Source: Phyllobates terribilis
Taxonomy: Eukaryota
Reading direction: 5' to 3'
Length of the DNA: 64,000 bases
NCBI RefSeq assembly: GCF_046119375.1
Contig: NW_027362876.1
Location: 2,852,001 to 2,916,000 of the forward strand
Shown piece by piece: positions 48,108-60,578 of the stretch. A program made the position numbers and the translations under genes. Position 1 is the stretch's first letter. Each line of letters starts with the position of its first letter. Below the pieces are notes generated by a model that made no database searches, had not been told where the DNA came from, and worked only from the letters and a program-made list of their open reading frames with translations.

Positions 48108-51100
48108 CTGCCAAGAAAAAAAAAAATTATTAATTTTTAATAAAATATCCTTGAAATTTATATTTTTTAACATTTCTACTTAAAATGTCTAAACAAACAG
48201 ATCCCTGGGCTACATGCTAGTCCAGGAAAATGAAAAAATATATGCTCAAGCTTAAAAATCTATTTTATTAGACACAAATCTAAAAAATAGAGGATTTTAA
48301 ATATTCCTCTATTTTTTAGATTTGTGTCTAATAAAATTGATTTTTAAACTTGAGCATATATCCCTTCATTTCCCTGGATTAGCATTTAGCCCAAGGATGT
48401 GTTTGTTTAGATTGATTTAGAAGTGGTATGCAATCTTTATTTATTTTTCAGTGGGATTCTTGTGTTAATTGTACTTAAAATGTCTGTAGAAATGGCAAGT
48501 TATTGACCGAATGACAGTTCACAGTCTAATAGAAAACCTCATAGGATGAACCAGTGGATCGTGGTGTCCAACTGTTTGTTCATTCTACCTTCTAAATATG
48601 GAATAAGAAGCCACCAAACAATGTTATGTAGGCAAAAATAATATCAATAAAAACTTCTACTCATCTCACAAAAAACAAGTCCCCACTCAAGTCAAACAGA
48701 GGATTCCACATTATTAGATTCTCAAAGGCTCTTTAGAATCAACATGGCTTCCATAAACCAATCCAGCAAAATCCACTCTTTCTAAGTCAAATCCCCCCTC
48801 GCTTCTGAGCCTTGCAGTGTGCCCAAACAACATTTAGCATCCATGTATTTGGCATTACTATAGTGAGAATAACTCACTTAATTTACGGTGTGTGTGTCCT
48901 GGAGCTCAATCTGGGCACTATGTGCTTGGTAAAAAAAAATGGCCAATGTGCAATTATTACTCTCCAACATCCACTGCGTGCTAATTTTCAGAAAGTGCCT
49001 ATGTAGTCAAAATAATCAAAACTTTTATAGATTAATTCACTGAGGGTTATAATTTCCAAAATGAATTCACTTTATGGGGATTTTTACTTTCCGGGTTTTC
49101 TGACATTTTGTCATATTAGGGCTTCTGCAAATGGTGGGTCCCATCTCCTCTGGGATCTGCTCCTGCGACGTCTGCTTCTGTCACCAGTAGAGAAATTTTT
49201 ACCGCACACTCATTCTGCAGACGGCGCTGGTGATGGAGGAGACGTCAGAACCAGAAGCTCTGGGCGGCGCAGACTCTGTCCAGCCACTAAGATTAGGGTT
49301 GCTGGGACCTGTAGTACTATCCAGTCTGGCAGTATGGTGTGTGCTGTCCAGCTGGAGTAATCTGCTCCCTGCTTCAGCCATTTGGAAAGCACCGCACCCT
49401 ACTAAAGCTGGAAGCATATTGCCGGAAGCTGCCAGATACAGCCTTGTCCTCCTCTGGTTCAGTCCTCTGTGCTCCGCTCCCGGCTTGTGTATTTGTTTCC
49501 TGTTGTGACCTCGGCCCGTTTACTGACTACTCTTGTGTCTTCTGATTTTGTATTTTCTCTGCCCTCCTGGTTCTGACCCAACTACCTGAATATTCTTCTT
49601 CCCACCTCACTCCACAGAACAGCAGGTAACACCGTGGCCCAAGCCTAAGGATTTCTGTGTAAGAACAGATCCATGTAGAGGGGTTAAATAAGTGATGAGC
49701 AAGACGATCCCTGGGATCTAGAAAATGAAGTAGATAGCGCCAAGCCTGTTTGTGGTAGTCATCTTTTGAGCTGCCATGTGACCATGAACAGTGCCCCCAA
49801 TACATTGTGTCTGCAAACTATTCCAGCAAAATCTGCATTCAAATAGCTAAATGGCGCTTCTTCTCTTCTTAACCTGCCATGTGCCCAGACAGTAGTGTAC
49901 AACCATATATAGGGGATTGTCAGATTCAAGAGAAGTTAGAAAATAATTTGTAAGGTCCATTTGTTTCCTATTATCCTTTGTGAAGAATCTCAAAGTTATC
50001 ACCACATAAAGTGACACGTTAGATTAGAAAAATGGGACCTGATTAAAACGCAAAACTGGCTGCGGGAAGGGGTTAAATCAGAGTATTTTGGGCACCAACT
50101 ACTATAGTCAAAAACTGTAAGTATAGACAATAACATCTACTGAAATTATCAAACTCAACAGTCTCCATTAGTAAATAGTGAGTAACTAGTGGTGAAACCT
50201 CTCTGGGGTAATTAGAGTCTGGGGCTCGGTGGCTCTTGGGAATCTAAACTATCGTAAGGGACAATATTTTCTATCAGATGAGTTTCAAGAAGAAATATTA
50301 GACGTTCAAAGAGAACTTTTTATAATAGTGCAGAGATGAGGTGTCTAAAATTTAGATCTCGGACATTTGGAAAAAGCTATGGAGATCTTTTTTCAAAGAC
50401 TAGCAGGGTGTAATGAGTCTCACATAAGTGAGGCCGGCCGATCCCACCACAACCTGTAAAAAAAAAGAATTTTTTTTATTCTATGTTAGATCCCCAACAA
50501 CAATGTATATTTGGGGAGAGACCTCCAACAATAAACTGGAGTTTAGAGAAAGTATTAGTGCCCCCATTTCAGGAGAGATTGTGCAGTAATCTGAATTCCT
50601 TAGGATTGAAAACATAATGGAATTTATGACGTGGAGTGAATCCAACATACCAGGGCTCGAGCCATGCCAACACATCTCCTGCAGACGTGAATAAATGTAT
50701 ATTACAGCCATCAGCCACGCACAGCTTAGAGATATATCATGGCACAGGTGTAATGTTTTCTGTATAGTTTATCACAATCCTGTTTGAAGTTAGATTTAAA
50801 ATAAATTTTAAAGTTTAGATAAAAGGAAACTCTGTTGTTATTGCATCATTACCCTTCGCTTTCTCTTACAGGCCCATCATAATATTTTTCTTTAAGTGAT
50901 TTTCTCACTAGTCAGCACATTCTACGTACGCTGCCATTTGGCTTTGTGGTTTACAGATCTGGGCAGGTAAAGGTCAGCGTCTTCTAATCCCAGGGGGCAG
51001 GTGGATCCTCCAGGTTGTAAGTTCTACAGAAAAGGGCTTTCACAATTCACAAAGTCATTTGAACATTTTCAGATGGAGGAGAATGTTATGCTCTAGCAGC

Positions 51101-52275
51101 AAAATGCTGATCACACGATTGTGATACGGCCGGACTACACTACCAATAAAGCAGCCACAGCCGGTGACTGAGAAGACTATATGACCTCTCTGCATTTAGT
51201 GTTTACTACTCACCTGGGTAGTCATATGTAGGAATCTCCTCTTTACACCGCTCATCACCCCTCACATATGTCTCTGTAGTATTAATATGGGTCAGATCTT
51301 CACCCTGAAACAAATATTATAAAAGTCACAGACAGATGGAGAAGTCACATCTATGATCAGCTCTAATCCTGCCATCTCCACCGTTCTCATTACACAAGTA
51401 GAAAACATATAAAACTGGTGGATAAAACAAGACTGAACACAAGACCTTCACAGTCGTCTACACACCATAGGGGAGATCTCATGACACCTTCTCTCCATCT
51501 ACCTGATGATCCTGAGGAACATTGGGATCTTCTTGTTTACAGTCCTGTGGAAGAAGAGGACGGGGACATCTCTCTGGTGTTGTCCTCTTACTGGATAGAT
51601 CTGGAAGAAACACATACAGGGTCTGAATTCATTCTTTACATACAGATAATTTTAGGCCGTGTGTATTCAGTCCTGTCTATTACCTGGTGATGTGAGGGGC
51701 TGGGGAACCTCTGTCATGACGTCCTTGTACAGATCTTTGTGTCCTTTTAAATACTCCCACTCCTCCATGGAGAAATAGACAGCGACATCCTGACACCTTA
51801 TAGGAACCTGACACATACAATGATATCATCATTCCCCAATCCCTTAATAGCGTACTGTATAATGTCCAAGCATTCCCAGCAGTGTCACCTCTCCAGTCAG
51901 CAGCTCAATCATCTTGTAGGTGAGTTCTAGGATCTTCTGGTCATTGATGTCCTCATGTATGAAGGGATGAGGTGGAGGCCCCGTGATTGGGCTCAGGGGT
52001 CTTCTCCATTCCTCAGACATAGGGTCCTGACAGCGCTCACTAGAGGTCTTCTTCACTACTGTGTAATCCTGATAATGGAGAAACGCCTTAATAAATCTCA
52101 GTACAGACATTTCCAGAGTCCTCACCTCTCCAGTTCTGCCCATCTGTTATTCCCATAGATAAGAATGATGTAATGTGATGTCATCAGAATCTCTCACCTC
52201 TCCAGTAAGCCGGAAGAGGATCTCTAGGGTGAGGTGTAATATCCTCTCCGCCATCTTGTGTCTGTCCATATCCAT
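47104..52275 (-). CDS. FAX/KRAB-like C2H2 zinc-finger gene 2, predicted 524 aa, 7 intact fingers plus 1 degenerate finger
   Basis: Exons 52275-52198, 52068-51889, 51807-51684, 51600-51503, 51304-51214, 48107-47104. Exons 1-5 have the same lengths as in gene 1; total 1575 nt, no internal stop if the CAG at 48110-48108 is the acceptor. Confidence 0.85.
51684..51807 (-). CDS. ZNF gene 2 exon 3 (KRAB-A-like box)
   Basis: [31 protein letters not shown] with GT-AG flanks. Confidence 0.88.
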
Positions 52276-53689
52276 CCTTGATGGGTAAAATCAGGAAAAT
52301 GCTCTTCTATAAAAGAACTGAGAGGATCCAAAATTGTAGAGACCTGAATGAGAAGATGATGAGCCGATGTAACATCATAAATATTCTGTGTAATAATACA
52401 ATTACTGGAGACAATAAGGGAAATATATGAGGAGATTTTTTATTTTACAGTATCTAGTTTTCTTCTTTACATCTAGTAATAAAACCTATATATTTTAGGC
52501 CACAGACAACAAGCAGTTTCTTCCTTGGAGTCTGTAGCTGAACACGTTTCTCAAAGACTCATCTTCCTTATTGCTAATTCTCATCTCATTTACCGACACT
52601 AGAATCGGCATTAGCAATACTGCAGGAGATATTCATTACACGTGACATGAGAAATAAATACTTCATGATGAAGACGACATCTTCATCTGCTACTACGGCT
52701 CTGTAAATATATTTGGCCAGAGTCCATCACTGACTACATCTCCACCGGCCGTCTATATGAATGTTTCCCGTCTTTCCTGGTCTGTAATCTTCTATCTCGT
52801 TAGATCTTATGTCTCATTCACACATAGAAGTTTGAGGCATTTAGAAAACCTTTTTTATTTTCACAAACACCTCGGACAGAAATTATTTGATACCAAAGTC
52901 TCCATGTACAGTGTTTTATGGAGTTTATTTCTGGCCTTAGACTTTCCTATATTACAAGAAAAACACCAGAAAAAAAACAGATATTAAAATGTTTCAAAAG
53001 AAAATTGGTACCAACAATTCTTGTAAAAAGAAAAAAACATGCAAAAATAAATTTTCTTATTTTTTAATACGTTAAACATTTAAGAAAAACAAAAAACCTC
53101 TTTTGGGCACCAGAACATAGATGTTCACCGCAGGGATGGCACAAGTGCGGCGGAAACACAAACCCTGGCAGTTTAACCACTTGCTGCTGACAAAAACAAA
53201 CATGGCATCTAAGAAGGTTTGGTAGAGTTTTGCTGAAAGCCCCTTCTCCCCCAAGGTCTTGATAATATGGGGCAGTCTAGTTACAACGATACCATGGTAG
53301 TTTAACCACTTGCTACTGTCAAAAGCAAACATGGCATCTAATAAGGTTTGACAGAGTTGGGCTAAATGCCCCTCCTTCCCCAAGTACTCGATTGTTTGGG
53401 GCTACTTAGTTACTATAATACTTAAATGCCTAATAATGGTGTCTGGGCCTGCAATGTACAAAAGTCTATTAGGTCGGGCCTTTTACAAGGTCAAACCTGG
53501 CCTAAACAAGTTAGATAACAGAGTGTCTGACAAAATGTTCTCTTGAGAAAAAGTTAGTGTGAGATACATTCTTTCTTTCTCTTCCCATAGAACTTATGTT
53601 ATGCAAGGAGTGATAATAACATGATTTTAAAGCAAGCCGACAAAATGGAGTTGCTCTAGCATGAGTATCAATATGTCCTTTACACTTTT

Positions 53690-54000
53690 AACGCCCCCAT
53701 ACACATTAGACAAAAGTTGCATGAAAGCACTGATTTCGGGGGTTTGGTCGACTATATAATGTATTTGGGGGCCTCCCGACAGATGATGTCAGGGCAGAGA
53801 AGGATCTGGCATCCTGAATTTCAGAGGCTAATCCGTTTGTTTTTCCTGTAGATAATCCTCCGCTAGAGGAGTCTGGAGGTGACTCTCTCATACAGACCAC
53901 AGGAAAGCTGGAATATTTGTGTGTATGGGGGAGTCAGGAGAGATAGCCGTCTGCCAAATGACCGTTCAGCCAACACTTATCTCATGTGTATGAGGCCGTT
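53690..54000. mobile_element. MITE
   Basis: Imperfect terminal inverted repeats AACGCCCCCATACACAT / ATGTGTATGAGGCCGTT. Confidence 0.5.
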
Positions 54001-54586
54001 AGTATTACACTGACAGGCAGTGATAATACACGGCACTACAGTAGTACAGTGCATTATCTGAGCAATCAGAGGCTTGTATGTTGTATGATCGCACTAATGA
54101 GAGTTGTTTAAAAAAAGTTTTAAAAAAAAGTTTAACATGAAAAAAAAATAGATCAGTTTTAGCAACAAGAAAAATCGGTCACTATACAGACTCACTGCAC
54201 AATATTGGTTGAGTCACGTCCATAACAACTTTACTATATTCTATTATCCTATAGACATCCTATACACAGTGGAGTAGACTGAAATCACAGATCCCAATAT
54301 AAAACATAAATATAACCATATATATATATATAACCCGGACCAGATGGTATGGAGATGAATGAGGGAGACCAAAGTACAAAAATAAGCTTTACTGTACAAG
54401 AACTTGATATACATCAGATAGCAGGCACAACACTTCATGGATGCTTCTTTTGTATTATGCAGAGTCAAGAACCGGTTACACGTGTCGGTACTTAACTTTT
54501 GTTACAAGCTACAACAGTCCAGCAAATCATTATAAGTAGGTCCATCATCCCCTGTGGTAACCACAGCTCCCAGCTGATTTGTGAGT

Positions 54587-54723
54587 NNNNNNNNNNNNNN
54601 NNNNNNNNNNNNNNNNNNNNNNNNNNNNNNNNNNNNNNNNNNNNNNNNNNNNNNNNNNNNNNNNNNNNNNNNNNNNNNNNNNNNNNNNNNNNNNNNNNNN
54701 NNNNNNNNNNNNNNNNNNNNNNN
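54587..54723. other. Assembly gap (137 N)
   Basis: Run of N. Confidence 1.
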
Positions 54724-54970
54724 NCACACCTTCTCATTTAAAGATTTTTCTGTATTTTCTTGACTATGAACATTGTACATTCACACTGAAGGCATCAAAA
54801 CTATGAATTAACACATGTGGAATTATATACTTAACAAAAAAGTGTGAAACAACTGAAAATATGTCTTATATTCTAGGTTCTTCAAAGTAGCCACCTTTTG
54901 CTTTGATGACTGCTTTGCACACTCTTGGCATTCTCTTGATGGTGTGTCCAAACTTTTGGTCTGTACTGCA
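54724..54970. mobile_element. Short Tc1-type element end(s)
   Basis: GGTGTGTCCAAACTTTTGGTCTGTACTG terminal motif; a second copy lies near 55086-55104. Confidence 0.6.
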
Positions 54971-55122
54971 TATACAACACGGCTGCAAGGACAGTGCACG
55001 CACACTCAGCTCTGCTACATATGCACATTTATATGTTATATAATAATAATAATTTTTATTTATATAGCGCCAACATATTCCGCAGCAAACTTTTGGTCTG
55101 TACTGTATGTATGTATGTATAT

Positions 55123-55169
<47 letters not shown>

Positions 55170-55539
55170 TGTGGCTGGTGGGGGAGCGGCAGCGTAGCGG
55201 GGCACAGGAGGCAGGAGCCACCTACTGTAGACTACACTGTGCTCGCTGCTAAAGAAAATGAATATTCGCTGCTTCCCACGCCCATGGATGTGGGGAGCAG
55301 TGAATATTCATTCTCCTTAATAGCTCTCACAATGTTGCCGCAGCACGGCTACTGCTGCGGCTCGGCGGTCACGTGTGCTCACTATTAAAGAGAATGAATA
55401 TTGCTGTGGCATTTCATCTTCAGTTCTTCGTAGGAGAACTCATGTCCCAGTTTGGCGACACTGTAGTTTCCTCTCCAGACAATTGTTTGCTTAAATTCTG
55501 TTAGTCTAAGATAAGGAATCGTCCATATCATTTCCCTTC

Positions 55540-56900
55540 CGCTGACATCCCCACTATCATCATGGGTCACTTCAACATCCCCATTGACACTTCCCTCTCA
55601 TCTGCCTCTAAGCTTCTATCTCTCACTTCCTCTTTCGGCCTCGCTCAATGGTCCTCCACAGACACACTCAAAGATGTCCACACTCTGGACCTCATCTTCA
55701 CCCGCCTCTGTTCCCTATCTAACCTCTCTAACTCACCTCTCCTTCTTTCTGACCACAACCTACTTATATTCTCTTCCCTCTCCTCTCGAGGTGCTCAATC
55801 CCCACTCCACAAACCTGCACACCCTCGCAGAAATCTTAAACACCTTGATCTACATTCACTTTCAGAGTCTCTTCTCCCTCTTGCAAACATAAGCTCCTTA
55901 CACAATGCAGATGCTGCCGCTTTATATAACACCACTATATCTGCATCTCCCAAATCGGCTTCCCCTCTCAGACATACCAAAGCTCACAAAGCACAGCAGC
56001 CTGACTAAAGAACTGAGGCGGGCTTCCAGAGTTGCTGAGCAGAGATGGAAAAGATCCCACTCCAAAGAGCACTTCATTGCACTACTTTCAAGTCCACACT
56101 CACTGCAGCAAAGCAAACATACTGCTCATCTCTCATAGCTTCCCTGTCTCACAACCCTAAAAAGCTATTCACCACTTTCAATTCTCTCCTCCATCCCCCA
56201 GCACATCCTTCCTCTCCAATCATCTCAGCTGAAGACTTTGCCTCATTCTTCAAGCAGAAGATTGATAACATCAGAGAAAGCTTTGGCCGACAACCCCCAC
56301 AGCCCCTGCTCATATCTACTCAGTCCTCCTCCTCCAAAACCAGCTTTTCCGCCATCACGGAAGATCAACTTTCCGCTCTACTCTCAAGATCACATCTCAC
56401 CACAATGACTGCTCATTCTCCCTAGTCCCGCAAGCTTGCTGCCCCGGGGTAACCTTGGACTCTGATCTCTCCTTCAAACCACATATCCAAACCCTTTACA
56501 CTTCCTGCCGACTCCAACTCAAAAATATTTTCCGGATCAGTACATTCCTTACTTAATAATCTGCAAAAACCATAGTCCATGCCCTCATCATCTCCCGCCT
56601 CGACTACTGCAACCTCCTGCTCTGTGTGGCCTCTGTTCTAACACTCTCGCACCTCTCCAATTTATACTAAACTCTGCTGCCTGACTAATCCACCTGTTAC
56701 CTCGCTATTCGCTAGCCTCTCCCCTCTGTCAATCCCTTCACTGGTTCCCCATTACCCAGAGACTCCAGTACAAAGCCCTACCCATGACATACAAAGCCAT
56801 CCACAACCTGTCTCCTCCATACATCTGTGACCTAGTCTCCCGGTACTTACCTACACACAACCTTCAATCCTCACAAGATCTCCTTCTCTACTCCACTCTA
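55540..56900 (+). mobile_element. Decayed, internally deleted L2 LINE
   Basis: GHFNIP..HTLDLIF (EN), LGVTLDSDLSF, HALIISRLDYCN, LHWFPI, YKAIHNLSPPYI. Confidence 0.85.
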
Positions 56901-56992
56901 TGCTCTTTGTCTCTGTTTTGCTCTCGCCTTGGAATCCAGATTCCCACTGCTATTATATCTTTGTTTTCCTTCAGAACGTACCATCTGATGTC

Positions 56993-58134
56993 GTTGACGC
57001 GCCCCCTGGGCCATGTTGTTAGGGATACCCGGAGCCGGATCAGATGGGGGTTGTAGTCTCCGAGTGGCTGTGACCCGGTCCGTGCCCAGGGTGTCAAACT
57101 CAGTGTGCGGCAGTCCTTGCAGATGTTCTTAGTGTCGACTACGCCACCCGTTGATTTGCGGTCAAAAGGCCGCCGCTGCAGGATGGTCCGCTGAGGCTGG
57201 TGGTGTGTGTGCAGCTGTGGTAGTATAACCCCCAACGGGAGGGGTATAGCCTCAGGGGGTCAGACGTGGAGGATGGTGGTTGTGAAGGTGCAGCAAGGAG
57301 ACTCAGAGGCATGAAATGCAGTTTCAGGGTTTTTACTCACTGGTGTTGCTCGGGTCACTCTGTACAGCAGTGACCACCCAAGCCGTGCTGCGTCCACCAG
57401 GTGCGGGACTCGGTCAACTCCCGGGCAATTCCTGAGTATGGTCCGGAGCTCCCTTCTTCTCTCTCTCTGGCCGTTCCCACCAGGGATCCACCTGTGTCCG
57501 GCTCCCTCGGGTCTCTTGTTGGTTGAACCTTCCCTGGCTTCCCTGACCCTATGCTCGGTGTGCCATTCTGGTGGATTTGGTGAGGGTCGTGGCAGATCCT
57601 GCCCACGACCTCCGGTTCCTGGCTAAGGTTTGCTTTGGCCTCCGCCAGCTTGGGATCCGGTACCCTTTTGCCGACCCTTCACCCTTTTGTCCTTATTCTG
57701 GGATCTTGGGGTCCCCTCTCGTCCTGCTCCTCTGGGTCCCTCTTCCTTCTCCTCTCCTGGAGTTACTGCTGACTCTCTGACTGACTGACTGACCCTGTCC
57801 TAAGATGGTGCCCACCTTATATACTCCCTCTATGTGTGAGCTCAGGTGACCAGCACCCAATGAGCTCCTACATTTACCCAGACTACTCCCCCTATCTGCC
57901 CCTACACTACTGGGATGTTCCACCCCCCTCCCACTCCAGCCAGGGACAGACGCTGTCGTACCTGCACATAAACTGGTGGGAGTACCGTTGATCTGTCCCC
58001 CGGAAATGGGATGTATGTAGTGCATGCAGCCTTCTAGCTCAGTTCCATACTCCATCCTTACCCGGGAGTGGAATACCACACCTCTGGCTTGAGGTGTAAT
58101 ACCCCTGTAGCAGCCGAGTCCTCAGGGTGCTACA
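56993..58134 (-). repeat. 3' LTR of the CSD element (1142 bp)
   Basis: Starts TGTAGCACC after the PPT; TATATAA on the minus strand near 57820. Confidence 0.92.
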
Positions 58135-58631
58135 TTCCCCCCTGGTAAATCACAGCACGTCCTCGGGCTGTAAAAGAATACAAACTTCCAAAAACATACA
58201 ATTTTTTTTCAAAACATCATAAACATATAAAACACTATATATATCATAAAACTTTTCATATTAAACTTTTCATATTAAACATTCTTGTTCCTCCAGCCAC
58301 GGTGCAACTTGTGACCGGGTATAGTGCAACAGTCTCCTGTAGAAAAAACACAGTTTCCTATAAAACCGGTAGGGGGCGCCTTAGAAAGCGCAACTATATA
58401 CAAGGGAAGGTATGGCCGCTCTCAGTCCTCGACCAGTGGGGAAAAGGGAAGGAATGACCGCTCTCAGTCCTCGGTCAGTGGGAAAAAGGAATGGCTGTTC
58501 ACAGTCCTCAGCCTGTTAAGGGATAGGGACACACGGGTATTCACTTGCTGGTCCCGACGGGGACTACACTTTGGTAGCAACAGTTTTTGTACCCACACGG
58601 GTAACTATTTACATATTCTATTTACAGTTCA

Positions 58632-60578
58632 TCAGTGGCGGTGTGCTCTTGGCTGAGGGTAATCTTTAGACCCGTCCGGGTCCTCTTGATCCTCCTCACC
58701 CCGTAGCTCCTTCTCAGTAAGTCTATGCACGTGCACGGCATACGGGCCCTTGGCGCACTGATGCCGGGTGAAGGTGACCTCATCACCCAGGTATAGGTCA
58801 CGACCTCTGTGTCCCTCCGGCAGATGACTTTCAACGTCTCTGCGGGTGACAAAGACGTCGCCGGGGGTCTTGTGGTCCCGGATGAAACCCCACCCGTGCT
58901 CCAACTGGAATTTTATTACAGTCCCGCTGGCACGGGGACCGTGGGCAGCACGGGGGTTTCTGCGGGCTCGGCTCTTCTGCTCGGCGCTCTTCACTTGGAG
59001 CCGCTCCTCGCGGACCCGCCTCTCTCGTCGCTCTCTAGCAAAAACCTCCAATTGTTGCTGGCAGCACTCCGCACGCTGGGCTGCGGCTGCCCGGGTCTCC
59101 TCGGTGAACCCGATGAGGTCTTCTCCGGTGGGGTCCCACGCAAACTGCGCTTCCTCCAACGAGAGTGGGGTGATCTTGGCGGGCGCCGGAGCCGGGATCA
59201 GGGGCTCATCCAGGGGTCTTTCTTTCCGGAGTCGGGGATGGTGGAACTCCGGTGGCCACACAAAGGGCTGCCCATCCGGGCATGTGTGCTGGGCTAATAG
59301 GTCTTCACCCAGGTGTGGCGCTGTGGACGTTGAGGGCGCTGTTGTGGTGGCGGCGCCCGGGTTCACCAGGCCTTGCGACCAGGCCTGGGGCACCCTGAAT
59401 GTAAAGGGCACCGTGAAGACGGCGGCACCCGGGGTTACCTGGCCCAGTGACCAGGCCGGTGGCTCAGTGGAGGTAGAGGGCGCTGTTGGCACTGCGGCGC
59501 CCGGGGGCACTCGGCCTTGCGACCAGGCCGGTGGCGTCTCCTGCTTGGCCGCGCTCTGGATCGAGGCGTGTGACGTCACAGGGGGCGTGGCCGCGGCTCC
59601 GGCCGCTTGAGGCCTAGCTTGGAGCGATGACGCAGCGGCTACGGGAACGGTAAGTGGGGCTTCGGGCTCTGCGACGGGGAGCTGGGGCAGGTTTACGGCT
59701 TCTGGGCACGGGATATTGTCGTCCCCATTACCTGCCTTCATTTCTTCGGCTCCCTCCGCGGCGTCGTCTCCGGCCGTCGTCCCTCCTTCGCCGTCCTCAG
59801 AGGTGGACTTGCTCCTCGCTGCGGGTGGCATGCTTCGCTGGCAGGCTCCAGCCTGCAGGGCCATCTCTCGGGTCCATGCGGCCAGTACGTCCCGCTGCAC
59901 TCGGGCCATCCTCTGAGCCAAGCCCTCCAGTGCGGTCTGTGCACGCTCCCGGTCTCGGGGGAGCTGTGCCAGGATCTCCACCAGGCCTTCTGGGGTTGTC
60001 GCTTGCAACAGGCTCCTGACCACTGGGTCGGTGCTGCCTGCCTCTCCCTCCATCTCCGGGTACGGCTCCTCCAGACTCCTCCAGGCTGCTCCCATCTTCT
60101 TCCTTTTGTTCTGTATCCGCCCACATTGGGGGTCGTCCTGGGGCAACTTTGTGATTGCCAGTTCCAGGGGCAGTTCCCTCACGCTGATGGACATATCAAT
60201 CATCACAGTCTCTGCTGGTGGGGGCGGTTTCCACTTTTGGCGCCATTTCCGATCCTGGCCCACGATGGGAGGTGGCCTCTTGCCATCCTCTGGCACGCCC
60301 ATAATGGCATCCGCTCTGCCAAGGCGGGAAATCTTCTCAGATGGCGGGAACCGCTTCCCAGTGGCGGGAAACACTGCAGATGGCGGGAAAAGACTGCAGA
60401 TGACGGGCAAATGGCGGGAACTGATCCGAGATGGCGTCCGATGGCGGGGACCCTCTGGAATTGGCGGGAGACTTCGTTTTGAGGTAAATGCGAATTTTTC
60501 TTCAGGCACGCAGTACCCGGTTGTTGCGGGCACGTGATCCTGCCGACTACGCCAAAGTTGACGCGCCCCCTGGGCCAT
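58632..60578 (-). CDS. Pro/Ala-rich protein (up to 648 aa) with a C-terminal cold-shock domain at 58718-58925
   Basis: GTVIKFQLEHGWGFIRDHKTPGDVFVTRRDV..RDLYLGDEVTF..KGPYAVHV: RNP1-like GWGFI and RNP2-like VFV. The true start may be an internal ATG (about 60303 or 60202). Confidence 0.75.
   Translation of the reverse strand: MAQGARQLWRSRQDHVPATTGYCVPEEKFAFTSKRSLPPIPEGPRHRTPSRISSRHLPVICSLFPPSAVFPATGKRFPPSEKISRLGRADAIMGVPEDGKRPPPIVGQDRKWRQKWKPPPPAETVMIDMSISVRELPLELAITKLPQDDPQCGRIQNKRKKMGAAWRSLEEPYPEMEGEAGSTDPVVRSLLQATTPEGLVEILAQLPRDRERAQTALEGLAQRMARVQRDVLAAWTREMALQAGACQRSMPPAARSKSTSEDGEGGTTAGDDAAEGAEEMKAGNGDDNIPCPEAVNLPQLPVAEPEAPLTVPVAAASSLQARPQAAGAAATPPVTSHASIQSAAKQETPPAWSQGRVPPGAAVPTAPSTSTEPPAWSLGQVTPGAAVFTVPFTFRVPQAWSQGLVNPGAATTTAPSTSTAPHLGEDLLAQHTCPDGQPFVWPPEFHHPRLRKERPLDEPLIPAPAPAKITPLSLEEAQFAWDPTGEDLIGFTEETRAAAAQRAECCQQQLEVFARERRERRVREERLQVKSAEQKSRARRNPRAAHGPRASGTVIKFQLEHGWGFIRDHKTPGDVFVTRRDVESHLPEGHRGRDLYLGDEVTFTRHQCAKGPYAVHVHRLTEKELRGEEDQEDPDGSKDYPQPRAHRH
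60537..60554 (-). promoter_or_regulatory. Primer-binding site, tRNA-Ser
   Basis: TGGCGTAGTCGGCAGGAT, complementary to the vertebrate tRNA-Ser 3' end ATCCTGCCGACTACGCCA. Confidence 0.88.

Noticed and set aside
54492-54780. ORFs containing X runs
   Set aside because: Artefacts of translating across the N gap.
55257-55312. 23-bp-stem hairpin as a pre-miRNA
   Set aside because: Sits in a patchwork of repeat fragments and resembles an internal palindrome of a dispersed repeat; no expression or conservation evidence is available.
56900-56992. A TSD or terminal CA for the CSD-bearing LTR element
   Set aside because: No 4-6 bp match between this flank and 61703-61708 (TCTACC) in the registers tried, so none is claimed.
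58809-60537. Several 100-250 aa plus-strand and alternative-frame ORFs within the CSD element
   Set aside because: Expected shadows of a GC-rich, repeat-containing ORF; no motifs.
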